Assembly: GCA_947627105.1 (NCBI GenBank)
Contig: CANQUT010000003.1
Location: forward strand, 2,144 to 66,143
Source: an uncultured Clostridia bacterium
GTDB lineage: Bacteria; Bacillota; Clostridia; TANB77; CAG-508
Direction: 5' to 3'
DNA length: 64,000 nt
Shown: piece after piece, positions 18,970-29,951 of the stretch
How the letters are laid out: the number at the start of each line of letters is the position of its first letter
How positions within the stretch are numbered: the stretch's first letter is position 1
Notes under the pieces: generated by a model
What the model saw: the letters and a program-made list of their open reading frames with translations, nothing else
Told to the model about the DNA's origin: nothing
Databases searched by the model: none
Translations under genes and position numbers: made by a program

Positions 18970-19695
18970 CTATATTATAGTTATAACAGTTATATTGTCG
19001 TAGCCACCAGCTTCATTTGCTAAGTTTACTAATTTTTCTGGTGCTGTTTTTGGATTTTCTTTTACCATTTTGTAAATAATATTTTCATCTACCATATTTG
19101 TTAAGCCATCTGAGCACATTAATAAAACATCTTGCTTTTCTATGTTCCTTGCTCTAATATCTGGCTCAACATATTCTGTACAACCAAGTGCTTTTAATAA
19201 CATATTTTTTTTAGGATGGTGATTTGCTTCTTCTCTTGTTATTTTTCCATCTTCAACTAATTGTTGCACATAACTATGATCTTTTGTTAGTTTACGAATT
19301 ATATCTTTTCTAATAAGATAAATTCTGCTATCTCCAACGTGTCCAATATACACCTTATTATTATATATGAGGCAAATATCTAAAGTAGTACCCATTCCTT
19401 GTAAATCTTCTGATGTTTTTGATTTTTCATAAACTACCATATTTGCATACTCTGCTGCATTTTTTACTAATTTTAGTATTTGCTCTTTTTCTGGCTCTAT
19501 TTGATTAAAGTTATTTTCTATATATTTTCTGGCACTTTCTATTGCTAACTTACTTGCTACTTCTCCTCCGTTGTATCCGCCCATTCCATCTGCTAAAATG
19601 TATAGTTCTATATTATTTTCTGGGCTTGAAACATAGTAAGAATCTTGATTCATATCTCTTGCCTTGCCAATATCTGTTTTAGCAAAACCTACCAT
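18970..19695 (-). CDS. stp: PP2C-family Ser/Thr phosphatase (Stp/PrpC)
   Basis: Motifs NQDSY, ADGMGGYNGGEVAS and CSDGL, immediately upstream of prkC. Confidence 0.9.
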   Translation of the reverse strand: MVGFAKTDIGKARDMNQDSYYVSSPENNIELYILADGMGGYNGGEVASKLAIESARKYIENNFNQIEPEKEQILKLVKNAAEYANMVVYEKSKTSEDLQGMGTTLDICLIYNNKVYIGHVGDSRIYLIRKDIIRKLTKDHSYVQQLVEDGKITREEANHHPKKNMLLKALGCTEYVEPDIRARNIEKQDVLLMCSDGLTNMVDENIIYKMVKENPKTAPEKLVNLANEAGGYDNITVITII

Positions 19696-19714
19696 TTAAT
19701 TCCTCCTATTTTTA

Positions 19715-20749
19715 TTAATTTTCATTAGTTTCTAAATTTTTTCTTCTAAGTTGTCCGCATGCTGCTTCAATGTCGCTTCCTAGCTCTCTTCTGATTGTTG
19801 CTACAATTCCATGGTCATTTAAATAATCTCTAAATTTAATAATATTTTCATTACTGCTTTTTACAAAACTACCATTTTCGATTTTGTTAATAGGAATTAA
19901 ATTTACATGGCAAATCATTCCTTTTAACAAATTTACCAATGCTTTTGCATCTTCTAGGTTATCGTTGTTATCTTTTGCTAAAGCGTATTCAAACGAAATT
20001 CTTTTATTTGTTTTCGCAATATAATATTTACATGCTTTCATAAGTTCTTCTATTGGGTAAGCATTATTTACTGGCATCATTTTGCTTCTTTTTTCATTAT
20101 TAGTTGCATGAAGCGAAATTGATAATGTACATTGCAAGTCTTCATTTGCAAAATCATATATTTTAGGAACTACTCCAGATGTAGAAACACTTATATGCCT
20201 TGCACCAATATTTAAGCCTTTTGGATTATTTAAAATGCGAATTGCTTTCATAACATTGTTATAATTATCAAATGGCTCTCCAATTCCCATAAAAACAATG
20301 TTTGAAATACTTTCGCCTATATCTTGCTCTACTGCTAATATCTGTTCTACAATTTCCCCTGCCGTTAAATTTCTAACAAACGCAATTCCTGTAGATGCAC
20401 AAAATTTGCATCCCATTTTACAGCCTATTTGTGAAGAAACACAAATTGTTTTTCCATGATGATACTGCATTAATACAGTTTCTATAGCATTTCCATCTAG
20501 TACATTAAACAAATATTTTTTTGTTCCATCTGATGATTCTTGCTTTTTTAATATTTCAAAATTACACATAGTATAATTTTGTTTTAACTTTTCCCTTAAT
20601 TCTAAAGAAAGGTTTGTCATGTCATCTATTTGTTTAACTTTTTCTTTATATAGCCAGTTCCATATTTGTTCTGCCCTATATGGCTTTTCTCCTAGGGAAA
20701 TAAGTTCTTGCTTTAATTCTTCTAAATTATATTCTTTTATATTTTTCAT
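19715..20749 (-). CDS. rlmN: 23S rRNA/tRNA (adenine-C2)-methyltransferase RlmN (radical SAM)
   Basis: Contains CKMGCKFCAS (the CxxxCxxC motif), GMGEP, and the C-terminal ACGQL. Confidence 0.92.
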   Translation of the reverse strand: MKNIKEYNLEELKQELISLGEKPYRAEQIWNWLYKEKVKQIDDMTNLSLELREKLKQNYTMCNFEILKKQESSDGTKKYLFNVLDGNAIETVLMQYHHGKTICVSSQIGCKMGCKFCASTGIAFVRNLTAGEIVEQILAVEQDIGESISNIVFMGIGEPFDNYNNVMKAIRILNNPKGLNIGARHISVSTSGVVPKIYDFANEDLQCTLSISLHATNNEKRSKMMPVNNAYPIEELMKACKYYIAKTNKRISFEYALAKDNNDNLEDAKALVNLLKGMICHVNLIPINKIENGSFVKSSNENIIKFRDYLNDHGIVATIRRELGSDIEAACGQLRRKNLETNEN

Positions 20750-21010
20750 ATTTATTTTCTTTTAAAAAGCGCCCTTCCGTAACTCTTTTATGTTTATTTA
20801 TTTTCATATATACTTTTTCTATTTAATTTATATCATAGTTGAATTTTTTTTTCAATAGTTTACAAAAGTTTGTTGTTTTTTGTGCAATTTTCTGCTATAA
20901 TTATGTTAATATTGTTAGCTTATGCTAACATTTTAACTTTTTTACTCCTGTTTTTCAGGTTTTATATATACTACATTTGTAAAATTATTATTTTAAGGAG
21001 GTTTAATATT

Positions 21011-21562
21011 ATGAAAGAAAAGCGGTATTTTTGCGACTACTTCGATTTTTTAAACACGAGCGCTGTTAAAACCTTGTTGGCAATAATAATTGTTATAGCT
21101 ATTATTTTTGCCATCAGCTACATTGGTTTAACTGTATCTATGTATGAATATAAACTCGACGTTTACCCTGAAGATGCCTATAAGAAGTTAAATGAAATAG
21201 CGGATAATTTAGTAATAGAAGGAGTTGGAATCAACAAAGAAGTGTCATCCAAAATTGATAACTACAACAAAAAAGAACAAAATGATAATATTATAATTAC
21301 TTATTCAGTTAAGAACAAAACTAATTCGCTTATTTCTCCTTCTAGAGTTAATATGACTTTAAAATTATCAAGCGATTTTCATATTCTTGCAAGAAATCCA
21401 GATTTTGCTTGTGAGGAAGACTATTCAAAGCATATTAAGAGTCAGATTGCAGTTGTATCTTTTGCAATTGCCGATTCAATAACTCTTTTTCTTTTCGTTA
21501 TATGTATTATTTTGCAATTTGAATCTATTAAAAAGAAAAAGAATGATAATAAAAATTCCTAA
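21011..21562 (+). CDS. hypothetical two-TM membrane protein (183 aa)
   Basis: ATG at 21011 follows an AAGGAGG RBS (MKEKRYFCDY...). The ORF-track start at 20870 has no RBS. The composition is less AT-rich than neighbouring genes. Confidence 0.55.
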   Translation: MKEKRYFCDYFDFLNTSAVKTLLAIIIVIAIIFAISYIGLTVSMYEYKLDVYPEDAYKKLNEIADNLVIEGVGINKEVSSKIDNYNKKEQNDNIIITYSVKNKTNSLISPSRVNMTLKLSSDFHILARNPDFACEEDYSKHIKSQIAVVSFAIADSITLFLFVICIILQFESIKKKKNDNKNS

Positions 21563-21587
21563 TACCGTGATAAAAATCCTTTCGTAA

Positions 21588-21616
21588 AAAGCAATGGGAG
21601 CTTTGCCCATTGCTTT
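21588..21616. terminator. terminator hairpin between convergent genes
   Basis: Stem aaagcaatggg / cccattgcttt. Confidence 0.65.
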
Positions 21617-21617
21617 A

Positions 21618-22331
21618 TTATTTTCCTTTTGCTGCTAGTTCTTTAAACTTTTTATATCTTACTTCATATGCTTCTAGTACTTCTTTTTCAAAGGCTAATT
21701 TTGGCTCTTCTACTTTCATTAGATTTAATAGTTTTAAAGTAAATTTTGGATTTAAAATAAGAACAGGTCCTATTATATAAGTTCCTATAAAATTGTTTTT
21801 CCTAATTCCTTCTAGTTTGCTTTCTTTATTAATGCCTATTCCCATTTCTACTTTAGAGAAATAATTGTTAGAATTATCTCCATATAACATTGTAAACTGG
21901 CTTTTAAAACCTAACAATTCTATATCTTCATAATTTCCTAAAAAGAAACTATTATGTCTATGTAGCATATCTCTTTTAGCATATATATCAAAAATTCCAA
22001 GCCCTTCTACTTTACTTCCATCTTCGTTTTCAATGTATTTGCCTAATACTTCTACACTATTTCCTGTAAATAAAAATACTTGCCCATTTTCAATTAATTC
22101 TTCTATTTTTTGTTTATATGGCATTAATTTTTTTATTACTATTTCTTGTGAACGTTCAGACAAAGTGCCCATGTATATAAGAGAAATGCTTTCTTGAGTG
22201 CAAAATGCTGGTTCTTCATCTATAGCTGTTTCTATAAATTCCGCTTCTGGCAAGCACTTTTTTAAATATTTAACATTGCCCATATCTCCATTTAAATTGC
22301 AAAACTCTGGATATAAAATTTCTATTTTCAT
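21618..22331 (-). CDS. gatD: GatD-like (CobQ/CobB-type) glutamine amidotransferase-fold protein partnered with MurT; catalytic Cys/His apparently absent
   Basis: It aligns by eye with S. aureus GatD: VEGLGIFDIY with LEGLGILDFY, and GTYIIGPVL with GTYLHGPIL. The nucleophile segment reads LFTGNSV instead of TICGGYQ, and the His position is Ile. Confidence 0.7.
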   Translation of the reverse strand: MKIEILYPEFCNLNGDMGNVKYLKKCLPEAEFIETAIDEEPAFCTQESISLIYMGTLSERSQEIVIKKLMPYKQKIEELIENGQVFLFTGNSVEVLGKYIENEDGSKVEGLGIFDIYAKRDMLHRHNSFFLGNYEDIELLGFKSQFTMLYGDNSNNYFSKVEMGIGINKESKLEGIRKNNFIGTYIIGPVLILNPKFTLKLLNLMKVEEPKLAFEKEVLEAYEVRYKKFKELAAKGK

Positions 22332-22392
22332 ATTTAATTATATTCCTTTCTAACGCACAAACTTGCCCTAAAAATAATTACAATTTTGGCTT

Positions 22393-23775
22393 TTATTTTT
22401 TCTCATCAATAATTTCTTTTACTTTTTGTTTAATCTGTTTTGTTTCTTCAATAGAATACAAATCATGTAAAATAAATATTTTTTCTAGGTTTTCTAGTTT
22501 TAATTTACTTGTAGCTTGTAATATATCTCTTTCATGAACTATTTTTTCTGGGTTTATATCTGCCATTAGAAGTCGTATATATGAATCTAAGTAGCGTGGA
22601 CCAGCAATTATAATTTGCTTAATAGATTCATCATTTAAAAATTCGTAATCTGCATCATAATGCCATGCTGTATTCTCTGAGCCATTTGCTTCTTCATGTA
22701 GGTCATCTAAAATCATAATTACTGCTTTATTTCCTGGCTCTTTTCTAGTATAATTAAATGCTATTGAACAAGCTATTGGGTTCATTCCCTTTGCTAATTG
22801 TGTAATAATTTTATAATCTTTATATTGTTCTTCACTATATCTTGTTTCTACAATTTTTATTTTTGCAAAAGAGTCGTTTATTTGTTTTGCAGTTAGGTTT
22901 AGCTGTTTTAATACAGCAATAACTGCTAACATATTATAAATATTTATAATGTTACTATTTACTATGTCATATATTTCTTCTGTATCTTTTGATATTACTG
23001 TTATTTGCATATTTTTTAAGTCTATATTGGTTATGCGATAATCTACATTTTCTGGACATTTATAACCACAATTTGGGCAATATGCTTTTCCTATATGATG
23101 GTATCTAACATAGTCATATTTTAATTTTGTTAAACAGTTTGGACATACTCTAATATCTCTTGTAATGTTTTCACAACTTTTAGTATCTGTTTCAAGTTTA
23201 TCTATACTAAAATAAATTTTTTTGTTATTTTCTGCAATGTGGCTACATATAATGTCATCTGCATTTTCTATCATAATTGTTTCTTTTGGAATATATTTAT
23301 TCAAAATATCTGATATAAATTCTGTATGTGCATTTCTCATTAAAGAATCTCTAAATAAGTTTGTACATATTAAATATGTTGGAGTTAAATATGGAAATAC
23401 TTTATTTGCACTTCTTTCGTCTATTTCTAATACTGCTAAATCTTTTTTAGATTTTCCTAAAAAATTTACTCCTTGAATTAAAGTAGTTGCAATTCCCCCA
23501 TCAATATTAGAGCCATATTTGTTGTTTATAAAGTCAAAACCATTTTGTTCTAATATATTATTAATCATATTACAAGTTGTAGTTTTTCCATTTGTACCTG
23601 TTACGCCAATAATTGTTTTTGGTTTATCTAACATTCCCATAAAATTTGGGCATAGTGTTAAGGCTATTTTACCTGGAAAATATGTTGCATTTCTTCTTAA
23701 AAGTTTTAATGTAAATGATGAAAATTTTGCAATCCAAAGTGTAATATAAAATCTTAACGTTTTTTTCTGATTCAT
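22393..23775 (-). CDS. murT: MurT-type Mur-ligase-family protein (lipid II isoglutaminyl synthase ligase subunit family)
   Basis: Contains GVTGTNGKTTT, a Cys4 ribbon (CPNC...CPNC) and the C-terminal DUF1727-like WHYDADYE. It lies upstream of the gatD-like gene. Confidence 0.88.
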   Translation of the reverse strand: MNQKKTLRFYITLWIAKFSSFTLKLLRRNATYFPGKIALTLCPNFMGMLDKPKTIIGVTGTNGKTTTCNMINNILEQNGFDFINNKYGSNIDGGIATTLIQGVNFLGKSKKDLAVLEIDERSANKVFPYLTPTYLICTNLFRDSLMRNAHTEFISDILNKYIPKETIMIENADDIICSHIAENNKKIYFSIDKLETDTKSCENITRDIRVCPNCLTKLKYDYVRYHHIGKAYCPNCGYKCPENVDYRITNIDLKNMQITVISKDTEEIYDIVNSNIINIYNMLAVIAVLKQLNLTAKQINDSFAKIKIVETRYSEEQYKDYKIITQLAKGMNPIACSIAFNYTRKEPGNKAVIMILDDLHEEANGSENTAWHYDADYEFLNDESIKQIIIAGPRYLDSYIRLLMADINPEKIVHERDILQATSKLKLENLEKIFILHDLYSIEETKQIKQKVKEIIDEKK

Positions 23776-23855
23776 AAAAATATATCTCCTAGCTTTTGTT
23801 TTTACGCATTTATTCTAACCTTTATTTTTAGTTTTATCAAGTATTTTGTGTAAAA

Positions 23856-23898
23856 AAATAGCCAGAGATTGTTTTTTATTTTTCTTCTCTGGCTATTT
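23856..23898 (-). terminator. terminator of the 23902-24138 gene
   Basis: Stem aaatagccagag / ctctggctattt, with a U-run on the minus strand. Confidence 0.65.
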
Positions 23899-23901
23899 TT
23901 A

Positions 23902-24138
23902 CTACATTTTCATTAATTTTTCTTTTAGTATTTGTTCTATGTTTGAAAGTCTTGTCTCAAAAACTTGGTTTGTCATATCACAAATTTCGTTAAAATCTTT
24001 AAGTTTTTCAAAATTTCTCATGTTTATTTTGTGATATTGTTCTACATTTTCTGTTAATTTTGTTTGTTCATTTTTTATTTCATTTAATAGTTCATTTACT
24101 TCATTTAAAAATTCTTCAATTTTACCATCATTTAGCAT
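23902..24138 (-). CDS. hypothetical coiled-coil protein (78 aa)
   Basis: The ORF overlaps the stop of the upstream Rpn fragment. The sequence is heptad-like and rich in Glu, Lys and Asn. No family was recognised. Confidence 0.4.
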   Translation of the reverse strand: MLNDGKIEEFLNEVNELLNEIKNEQTKLTENVEQYHKINMRNFEKLKDFNEICDMTNQVFETRLSNIEQILKEKLMKM

Positions 24139-24999
24139 ACTTCTCCCCCCTTTTTTTGAATTTCTTCTATTTCTTTTTGAGAAATTCCAGTATACTTTTC
24201 TATAGTTGAAACAGATAACCCTTGTAATAGCATATTTGTTATGAATTGTCTTTTGGCTTCCTTTATGCCTTCTTTTATGCCTTCTTTTTTTCCTTCTCTT
24301 TTTCCTTCTTTTTTTCCTTTTAATTTTTCTTGATCCATTATTACTTCTAATACATTTTTCACTTCATCCACCCCCTTACTTTCAAAACTTGCTATTAGTT
24401 TTTCAATAGCTTCCTCTTCTAATGCAGGATTGAATAGATATCTTATTATTTTTTCTAAATGCGTTTTATCTTGAACCTTTAATTTTCTTCCAATTTCAGC
24501 TAATGTATCCAGCAACATTGCTTTGGTTTTACTTTTTTCTAATGTCATTGCATATGCTATCATAGTTCTAGTTTTTATTAGGAATTACTTTAGGATATAT
24601 ATTACTATGCCTTATTCTCATATCTTCTTTTATAAGCTCTGTTGTATATTCAAATATTCTATATGGCATATTTGAATCTACTGATGATTGATGTTCTACT
24701 AAAAGATATATGGGTTTATCCTTTATTTTAAAAATTATATCAGATTCTAAACCTGAATAGTCTAATTTTATAAAACTTTTATTGTAAGGCTCTAGTATTT
24801 CATTTTTTATAATTTTTCCTAATGTATAATCTACAAATACAGCAATAAAATCTTTAAAATCTTCTACATTACTTAAAACTTCTCTAAAAAGTTTATCATG
24901 ACTATGACTCATTTCATAGATGTATTCCTCTGGTTTCTCCCTTAAAATAGAAATACACTCTTGTATTAAATCATAAGCTGTTTTTTCTTTAAGATACAT
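24132..24999 (-). pseudogene. Rpn/YhgA-like PD-(D/E)XK recombination-promoting nuclease (putative transposase), split into two ORFs
   Basis: The N-terminal fragment (24568-24999) carries HDKLFREVLS...YLLVEHQSSVD..MPYRIFEY. It stops at ...YPKVIPNKN*, where intact family members continue (V)IPIVxY. The C-terminal fragment (24132-24563) is in another frame, and a middle portion appears to be missing. Confidence 0.6.
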
Positions 25000-25244
25000 G
25001 TTTACCTCCTGGTTAATATAAGGAATGTCAAAAGAAACCTTATATTAAAAAAAATTTTTTTGAAATAAATTGAAAATAACTGCCGAAATAAATTAAATAG
25101 ACTTTACCTAACTTTTATTTGAATTAATATGTATATATTATAAAACTTTTGTTTTGGAATTGTCAATACCTTTTTTAATTTTTATAATAAAAATTTTTAG
25201 ATATATTAAAATGAGAATATAAAAATATATTCTCATTAATAATA

Positions 25245-26353
25245 TTATAAAATTTTTCCACCGCCTAATACAATATCATCTATGTAAAATACAACCGATT
25301 GACCGCGGTGTAATTGCTCTTTGTGGCTGTTCAAAAGTTACTTTTGCAATTTTGTTTCCGATTATTATTAACTAATTCTAAATTAGCTTTTGCTTCTTTA
25401 GCACGATAGCGTACTTTTGCCATTATATTAATTGGTTTTGATAAGTCTATATCAAGTAAAAAATTTAATTCACTTGCATAAAGCTCACTTGTATAAAGGT
25501 CTGTTTCTGGGCCTACAATTATTTCATTTTTTTTCTCGTCTAGTTTTAAAACATATAAAGGTTCTTTATATGCTATTCCTAGGCCTTTTCTCTGGCCTAC
25601 TGTATAATAAATTAATCCATTATGTTTTCCTAAAACTTCACCATTTTTTAATACAATATTTCCTTGTTTTGGCTTTAAATTTGCTTTTTTAGTTAAAAAA
25701 TTTCCATAGTCATTATTTGGTATAAAGCACACTTCTTGACTATCTTTTTTATGTGCAACTTTTAATTCATATTCTTCTGCTATTTTTCTTACTTCTTCTT
25801 TTGTTTTAAAACCTTCTAAAGGAAATAACATTTTAGGTAATACTTCTTTTGGTATACTATATAAAAAGTAAGTTTGGTCTTTTTTACTAGATTCAGATTT
25901 CTTAAGCACATAAGCTTTATATTTTTCAGAATACTCCACTTTTGCATAATGTCCTGTTGAGATATAGTCACATTGTAGTTCTAATGCTTTTTGATAAAAT
26001 ACTCCAAATTTTAAATATTTATTACATTCTATACAAGGGTTTGGAGTTTTGCAATTTTTATAGCAATTAACAAAATCATCTATAACATATTTTTGAAATT
26101 CGTCTTCGCAATTTAATGTATAGTGCGGAATACCTAGCTTATCGCATACTCTTTTTGCATCATAGGTAGCGCTAAAAGAGCAGCAACCACCTTCTATTTC
26201 AGGGCACTGCTTATCTTCCCATAATTTCATAGTTGCTCCTATTACTTCATAGCCTGCATTTTTTAGTAAAATTGCTGCAGTGGAGCTATCTACTCCACCA
26301 CTCATTCCTAATAGTACTTTCTTTTTTTCATTACTTGTTTTAGATTTTTCCAT
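25245..26353 (-). CDS. mnmA: tRNA 2-thiouridine(34) synthase MnmA; 3' end broken twice at in-frame CGG
   Basis: PP-loop GMSGGVDSS is present. The ORF-track frame ends ...ELVNNNRKQNCKSNF*. Skipping the C of CGG at 25360-25358 and again at 25305-25303 gives ...[40 protein letters not shown], which is the conserved MnmA C-terminus. Confidence 0.88.
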
Positions 26354-26365
26354 ATTTAATTCCTA

Positions 26366-28123
26366 TTAATCTTCAACTATTTTTATATGAACATCTTTTA
26401 ACTGTTCTTCTTTAACTTTGCTTGGTGCTCTCATAAGTAGATCTCTTGCTTTTTTGTTCTTTGGAAATGCTATTACTTCACGAATATTTTTACTATCTGC
26501 AACTAGCATTACCATTCTGTCTAGGCCAGGTGCTGCACCTGCATGTGGAGGTGTTCCATATTGGAATGCATTATATAATGCACCAAATCTTGTTTCAACT
26601 TCTTCTTCGCTATAACCTGCTATTTCAAATGCTTTTACCATTAGTTCTGGGTCATGATTTCTAACTGCTCCTGATGCAACCTCATAACCATTACATACAA
26701 CATCATATTGATATGCTAAAATATCAAGTGGATCTTTTGTAAGTAATGCTTCCATTCCACCTTGTGGCATTGAAAATGGATTATGGTTAAAGTCTATTTT
26801 TCCTTCATCTGATAATTCATACATTGGAAAGTCTACAATATAGCATAAACGATATACATTTTTTTCTAGTAAATCTAATCTATTTCCTAGTTCTATTCTA
26901 ATAGCCCCTGCTATTTTTTGCACTTGTTTTAGTTCATCTGCCATAAAGAAAACTGCTGAATTTTCTTTCATACCAATTTGTTCTTCTAAAGCTTTTTGTA
27001 CATCTTCGGTAATAAATTTTGCAATTCCGCCAGAAACTGCATTTGCCTCATCTACTTTAAGCCATGCTAAGCCTTTTGCTCCTGCTTCTTGCACAGCAAA
27101 TTCTGTCATTGAATCAAAGAATTTTCTTCCTTGTAAAGCTCCATTTTCCACTACAATAGCTTTAACTACTTTTCCTTTAAATGCGTTAAAGTCTACATTT
27201 TCAAATATATTAGTTACATCTTGAATAATAAGTGGGTTTCTTAAGTCTGGCTTATCACTACCGTATTTTTCCATGGCTTCTAAGTATGGAATTCTTTTAA
27301 ATGGTGCTTCATCTACTTCCCAATTTGTATGTGTTTTGAAAACAGTAGTAAAAATTTCTGCTAATACTTTTAAAACATCTTCTTGCTCTGCAAAGCTCAT
27401 TTCAAAGTCTAATTGATAAAATTCTCCTGGCGCTCTATCTGCTCTAGGGTCTTCATCACGGAAGCATGGAGCTATTTGATAATATTTATCAAATCCAGAT
27501 ACCATTAAAAGTTGTTTAAATTGTTGTGGTGCTTGTGGTAGTGCATAAAATTCCCCTGGGTGCAATCTGCTTGGCACTAAATAATCTCTTGCACCTTCTG
27601 GTGATGAGTTTGCTAAAATTGGTGTCTGAATTTCTGTAAAGCCTAATTCATCCATCTTTTTTCTAAGTGTTTTCATTATTTCACTACGAAGTAAAATAGT
27701 ATTATGTAATTTTTCATTTCTTAAATCTAAAAAGCGGTATTCTAGCCTTAAATCTTCTTTAACTTCTCCAGCTTTTTCTGAGTTAATTTCAAATGGTAAT
27801 ACATTTTTACATTTTCCTAAAATTTTAATTTCTTTAGCATCTATTTCAATTTCTCCAGTAGGCATTTTAGGGTTTTTGTTAGAACGTTCTATTACAATTC
27901 CTTTAACGTAAATAACACATTCTGTTACAATGCTATTTAATATATCTTTATTTATTGAGTTATTTTCGGCAGATATAACAATTTGGGTGATTCCAAATTG
28001 ATCACGTAAATCTATAAATACCATTGAGCCTAAATTTCTAATTTTTTGCACCCAACCTGCCATGTTTACTTCTTGTCCTACATTTTTTATATTTAATTCT
28101 CCGCAATTATGATCTCTATACAT
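26366..28123 (-). CDS. aspS: aspartate--tRNA ligase
   Basis: 585 aa with an OB-fold N-terminus, class II motifs (FRDEDPRADR, GGAAPGLDRMVM-like region) and the bacterial insertion domain. Confidence 0.94.
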   Translation of the reverse strand: MYRDHNCGELNIKNVGQEVNMAGWVQKIRNLGSMVFIDLRDQFGITQIVISAENNSINKDILNSIVTECVIYVKGIVIERSNKNPKMPTGEIEIDAKEIKILGKCKNVLPFEINSEKAGEVKEDLRLEYRFLDLRNEKLHNTILLRSEIMKTLRKKMDELGFTEIQTPILANSSPEGARDYLVPSRLHPGEFYALPQAPQQFKQLLMVSGFDKYYQIAPCFRDEDPRADRAPGEFYQLDFEMSFAEQEDVLKVLAEIFTTVFKTHTNWEVDEAPFKRIPYLEAMEKYGSDKPDLRNPLIIQDVTNIFENVDFNAFKGKVVKAIVVENGALQGRKFFDSMTEFAVQEAGAKGLAWLKVDEANAVSGGIAKFITEDVQKALEEQIGMKENSAVFFMADELKQVQKIAGAIRIELGNRLDLLEKNVYRLCYIVDFPMYELSDEGKIDFNHNPFSMPQGGMEALLTKDPLDILAYQYDVVCNGYEVASGAVRNHDPELMVKAFEIAGYSEEEVETRFGALYNAFQYGTPPHAGAAPGLDRMVMLVADSKNIREVIAFPKNKKARDLLMRAPSKVKEEQLKDVHIKIVED

Positions 28124-28292
28124 ATTTTTGTCCTTTCTTAACTAATGTTTAATTAATACATTAGAAATTAGCATTTTATCTTGTTTTTTCTTAAACATTA
28201 TACACCTATTTTTATTTATAAACAATAGGAATATAAACAATTTTACTTATTTGCGTAAATTTTAGTTGTAGTTAATGATTTTATATTTAATT

Positions 28293-28407
28293 GCTTAAAT
28301 AGTACTGATTTTCTTGTTTTTCAAATGCCCGTTGCAGGAAGTCAAGTTCAAAGAAGAAGAGTCAGAACGGGACCTTTCAAAACTGCGAAAAGCAGTACTA
28401 TTTAAGC
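28293..28407. repeat. MITE-like nested palindromic repeat, long form, copy 2 (inverted relative to copy 1)
   Basis: The structure is gcttaaatagtact[...]agtactatttaagc. The insert ends match the reverse complement of 7839-7923, while the central ~30 nt between cccgtt and aacggg differ. About 30 bp of each flank is also shared with the other copies. Confidence 0.8.
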
Positions 28408-28540
28408 TTTAATGCAATTATAACTATTAAATAGTTGCTTAACAAATTACCAAAATATATTGAATTTTGTTGTATTATCTTATATAATTAGGGTATTCTA
28501 TTAATTAATAAATATTTTCGTTAAAAGGAAGGGATACAAA

Positions 28541-29932
28541 ATGGAAAATGTATTAGTAAAAGATTTATATAGAAATACTGAAAATTATGTAGGTAAAAGC
28601 TTACAAGTTTCTGGTTGGGTAAGAACTATTCGTGATTCTAAAAACTTTGGTTTTATTGAACTTAACGATGGTAGCTTTTTTAAAAATGTTCAAATTGTAT
28701 TTGATACAGAACTTTCTAATTTTGAAGAAGTTAGAAAACTTTCAATTAGTTCTTCAATTATTGTTACAGGAGAGCTTGTAAAAACAGAAAATGCTAAGCA
28801 ACCTTTTGAAATAAAAGCAACAGAAGTTAAAATATTTAATCAAGCAGATTTAGATTACCCACTTCAAAAGAAAAGACATTCATTTGAATATTTAAGAACA
28901 GTTGGACATTTACGTCCTAGAACTAACACATTTAATGCCGTTTTTCGTGTTCGTAGTGTTTTAGCTTTTGCAATTCATAAGTTTTTCCAAGAAAAAGGAT
29001 TTGTTTATGTTCACACACCTATTATTACTGGTAGTGATTGTGAAGGTGCAGGAGAAATGTTTAGAGTAACTACTATGGATATGGAAAATGTGCCTAAAGC
29101 AGAAGATGGAAGCGTTGATTATACTCAAGACTTTTTTGGAAAAGAGTCTCATTTAACTGTTAGTGGTCAATTAGATGTTGAAACATACGCACATGCTTTC
29201 CGCAATGTATATACATTTGGTCCTACTTTTAGAGCTGAAAATTCTAACACTGTAAAACATGCTGCAGAGTTTTGGATGATCGAACCTGAAATTTGTTTTG
29301 CAGATTTACAAGATGATATGAACTTAGCAGAAGAAATGATTAAATATATTATTTCTTATGTTTTAGAAAATGCTCCTGAAGAAATGGAATTCTTTAATCA
29401 ATTTGTAGATACTGGACTATTAGAAAGACTACACAATGTAATAAATTCTGATTTTGGTAGAATTAGTTATACAGATGCTATAAAAGAACTTGAAAAGGTA
29501 AATGACCAGTTTGAATACCCTGTTCATTGGGGCACAGATATTCAAACAGAACATGAAAGATATATAACTGAAAAAATATTTGGTAAACCTGTTTTTGTAA
29601 CAGATTACCCAAAAGAAATTAAAGCATTTTACATGAAACAAAATCCAGATGGAAAAACAGTTGCTGCTTCTGACCTTTTAGTTCCTGGTATTGGAGAAAT
29701 TATTGGTGGTAGCCAAAGAGAAGATGATTTTGAAAAATTAAGTAACCGTATTAAAGAACTTGGATTAAAAGAAGAAGACTACTGGTGGTACTTAGATTTA
29801 AGAAAATACGGAAGCTGTGTTCATAGCGGTTTCGGACTAGGTTTTGAAAGAATGATGATGTATTTAACTGGTATGCAAAATATTCGTGATGTGCTTCCAT
29901 TCCCAAGAACACCAAAGAATTGTGAATTTTAA
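28541..29932 (+). CDS. asnS: asparagine--tRNA ligase
   Basis: 463 aa. It has an OB-fold N-terminus and class II motifs ([33 protein letters not shown]). Confidence 0.94.
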   Translation: MENVLVKDLYRNTENYVGKSLQVSGWVRTIRDSKNFGFIELNDGSFFKNVQIVFDTELSNFEEVRKLSISSSIIVTGELVKTENAKQPFEIKATEVKIFNQADLDYPLQKKRHSFEYLRTVGHLRPRTNTFNAVFRVRSVLAFAIHKFFQEKGFVYVHTPIITGSDCEGAGEMFRVTTMDMENVPKAEDGSVDYTQDFFGKESHLTVSGQLDVETYAHAFRNVYTFGPTFRAENSNTVKHAAEFWMIEPEICFADLQDDMNLAEEMIKYIISYVLENAPEEMEFFNQFVDTGLLERLHNVINSDFGRISYTDAIKELEKVNDQFEYPVHWGTDIQTEHERYITEKIFGKPVFVTDYPKEIKAFYMKQNPDGKTVAASDLLVPGIGEIIGGSQREDDFEKLSNRIKELGLKEEDYWWYLDLRKYGSCVHSGFGLGFERMMMYLTGMQNIRDVLPFPRTPKNCEF

Positions 29933-29951
29933 TTAATCATGTGATATTTTC

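Noticed and set aside
28326-28406. 26-aa ORF (MPVAGSQVQRRRVRTGPFKTAKSSTI) inside repeat copy 2
   Set aside because: The equivalent ORF in copy 1 changes frame after the variable centre and ends differently. Conservation is at the nucleotide and structure level, not the peptide level.
28124-28540. Possible T-box leaders for aspS/asnS in the 416-bp divergent spacer
   Set aside because: There is no GGUGGUACC-type T-box sequence and no terminator/antiterminator pair on either strand. The spacer is occupied by the MITE-like repeat.
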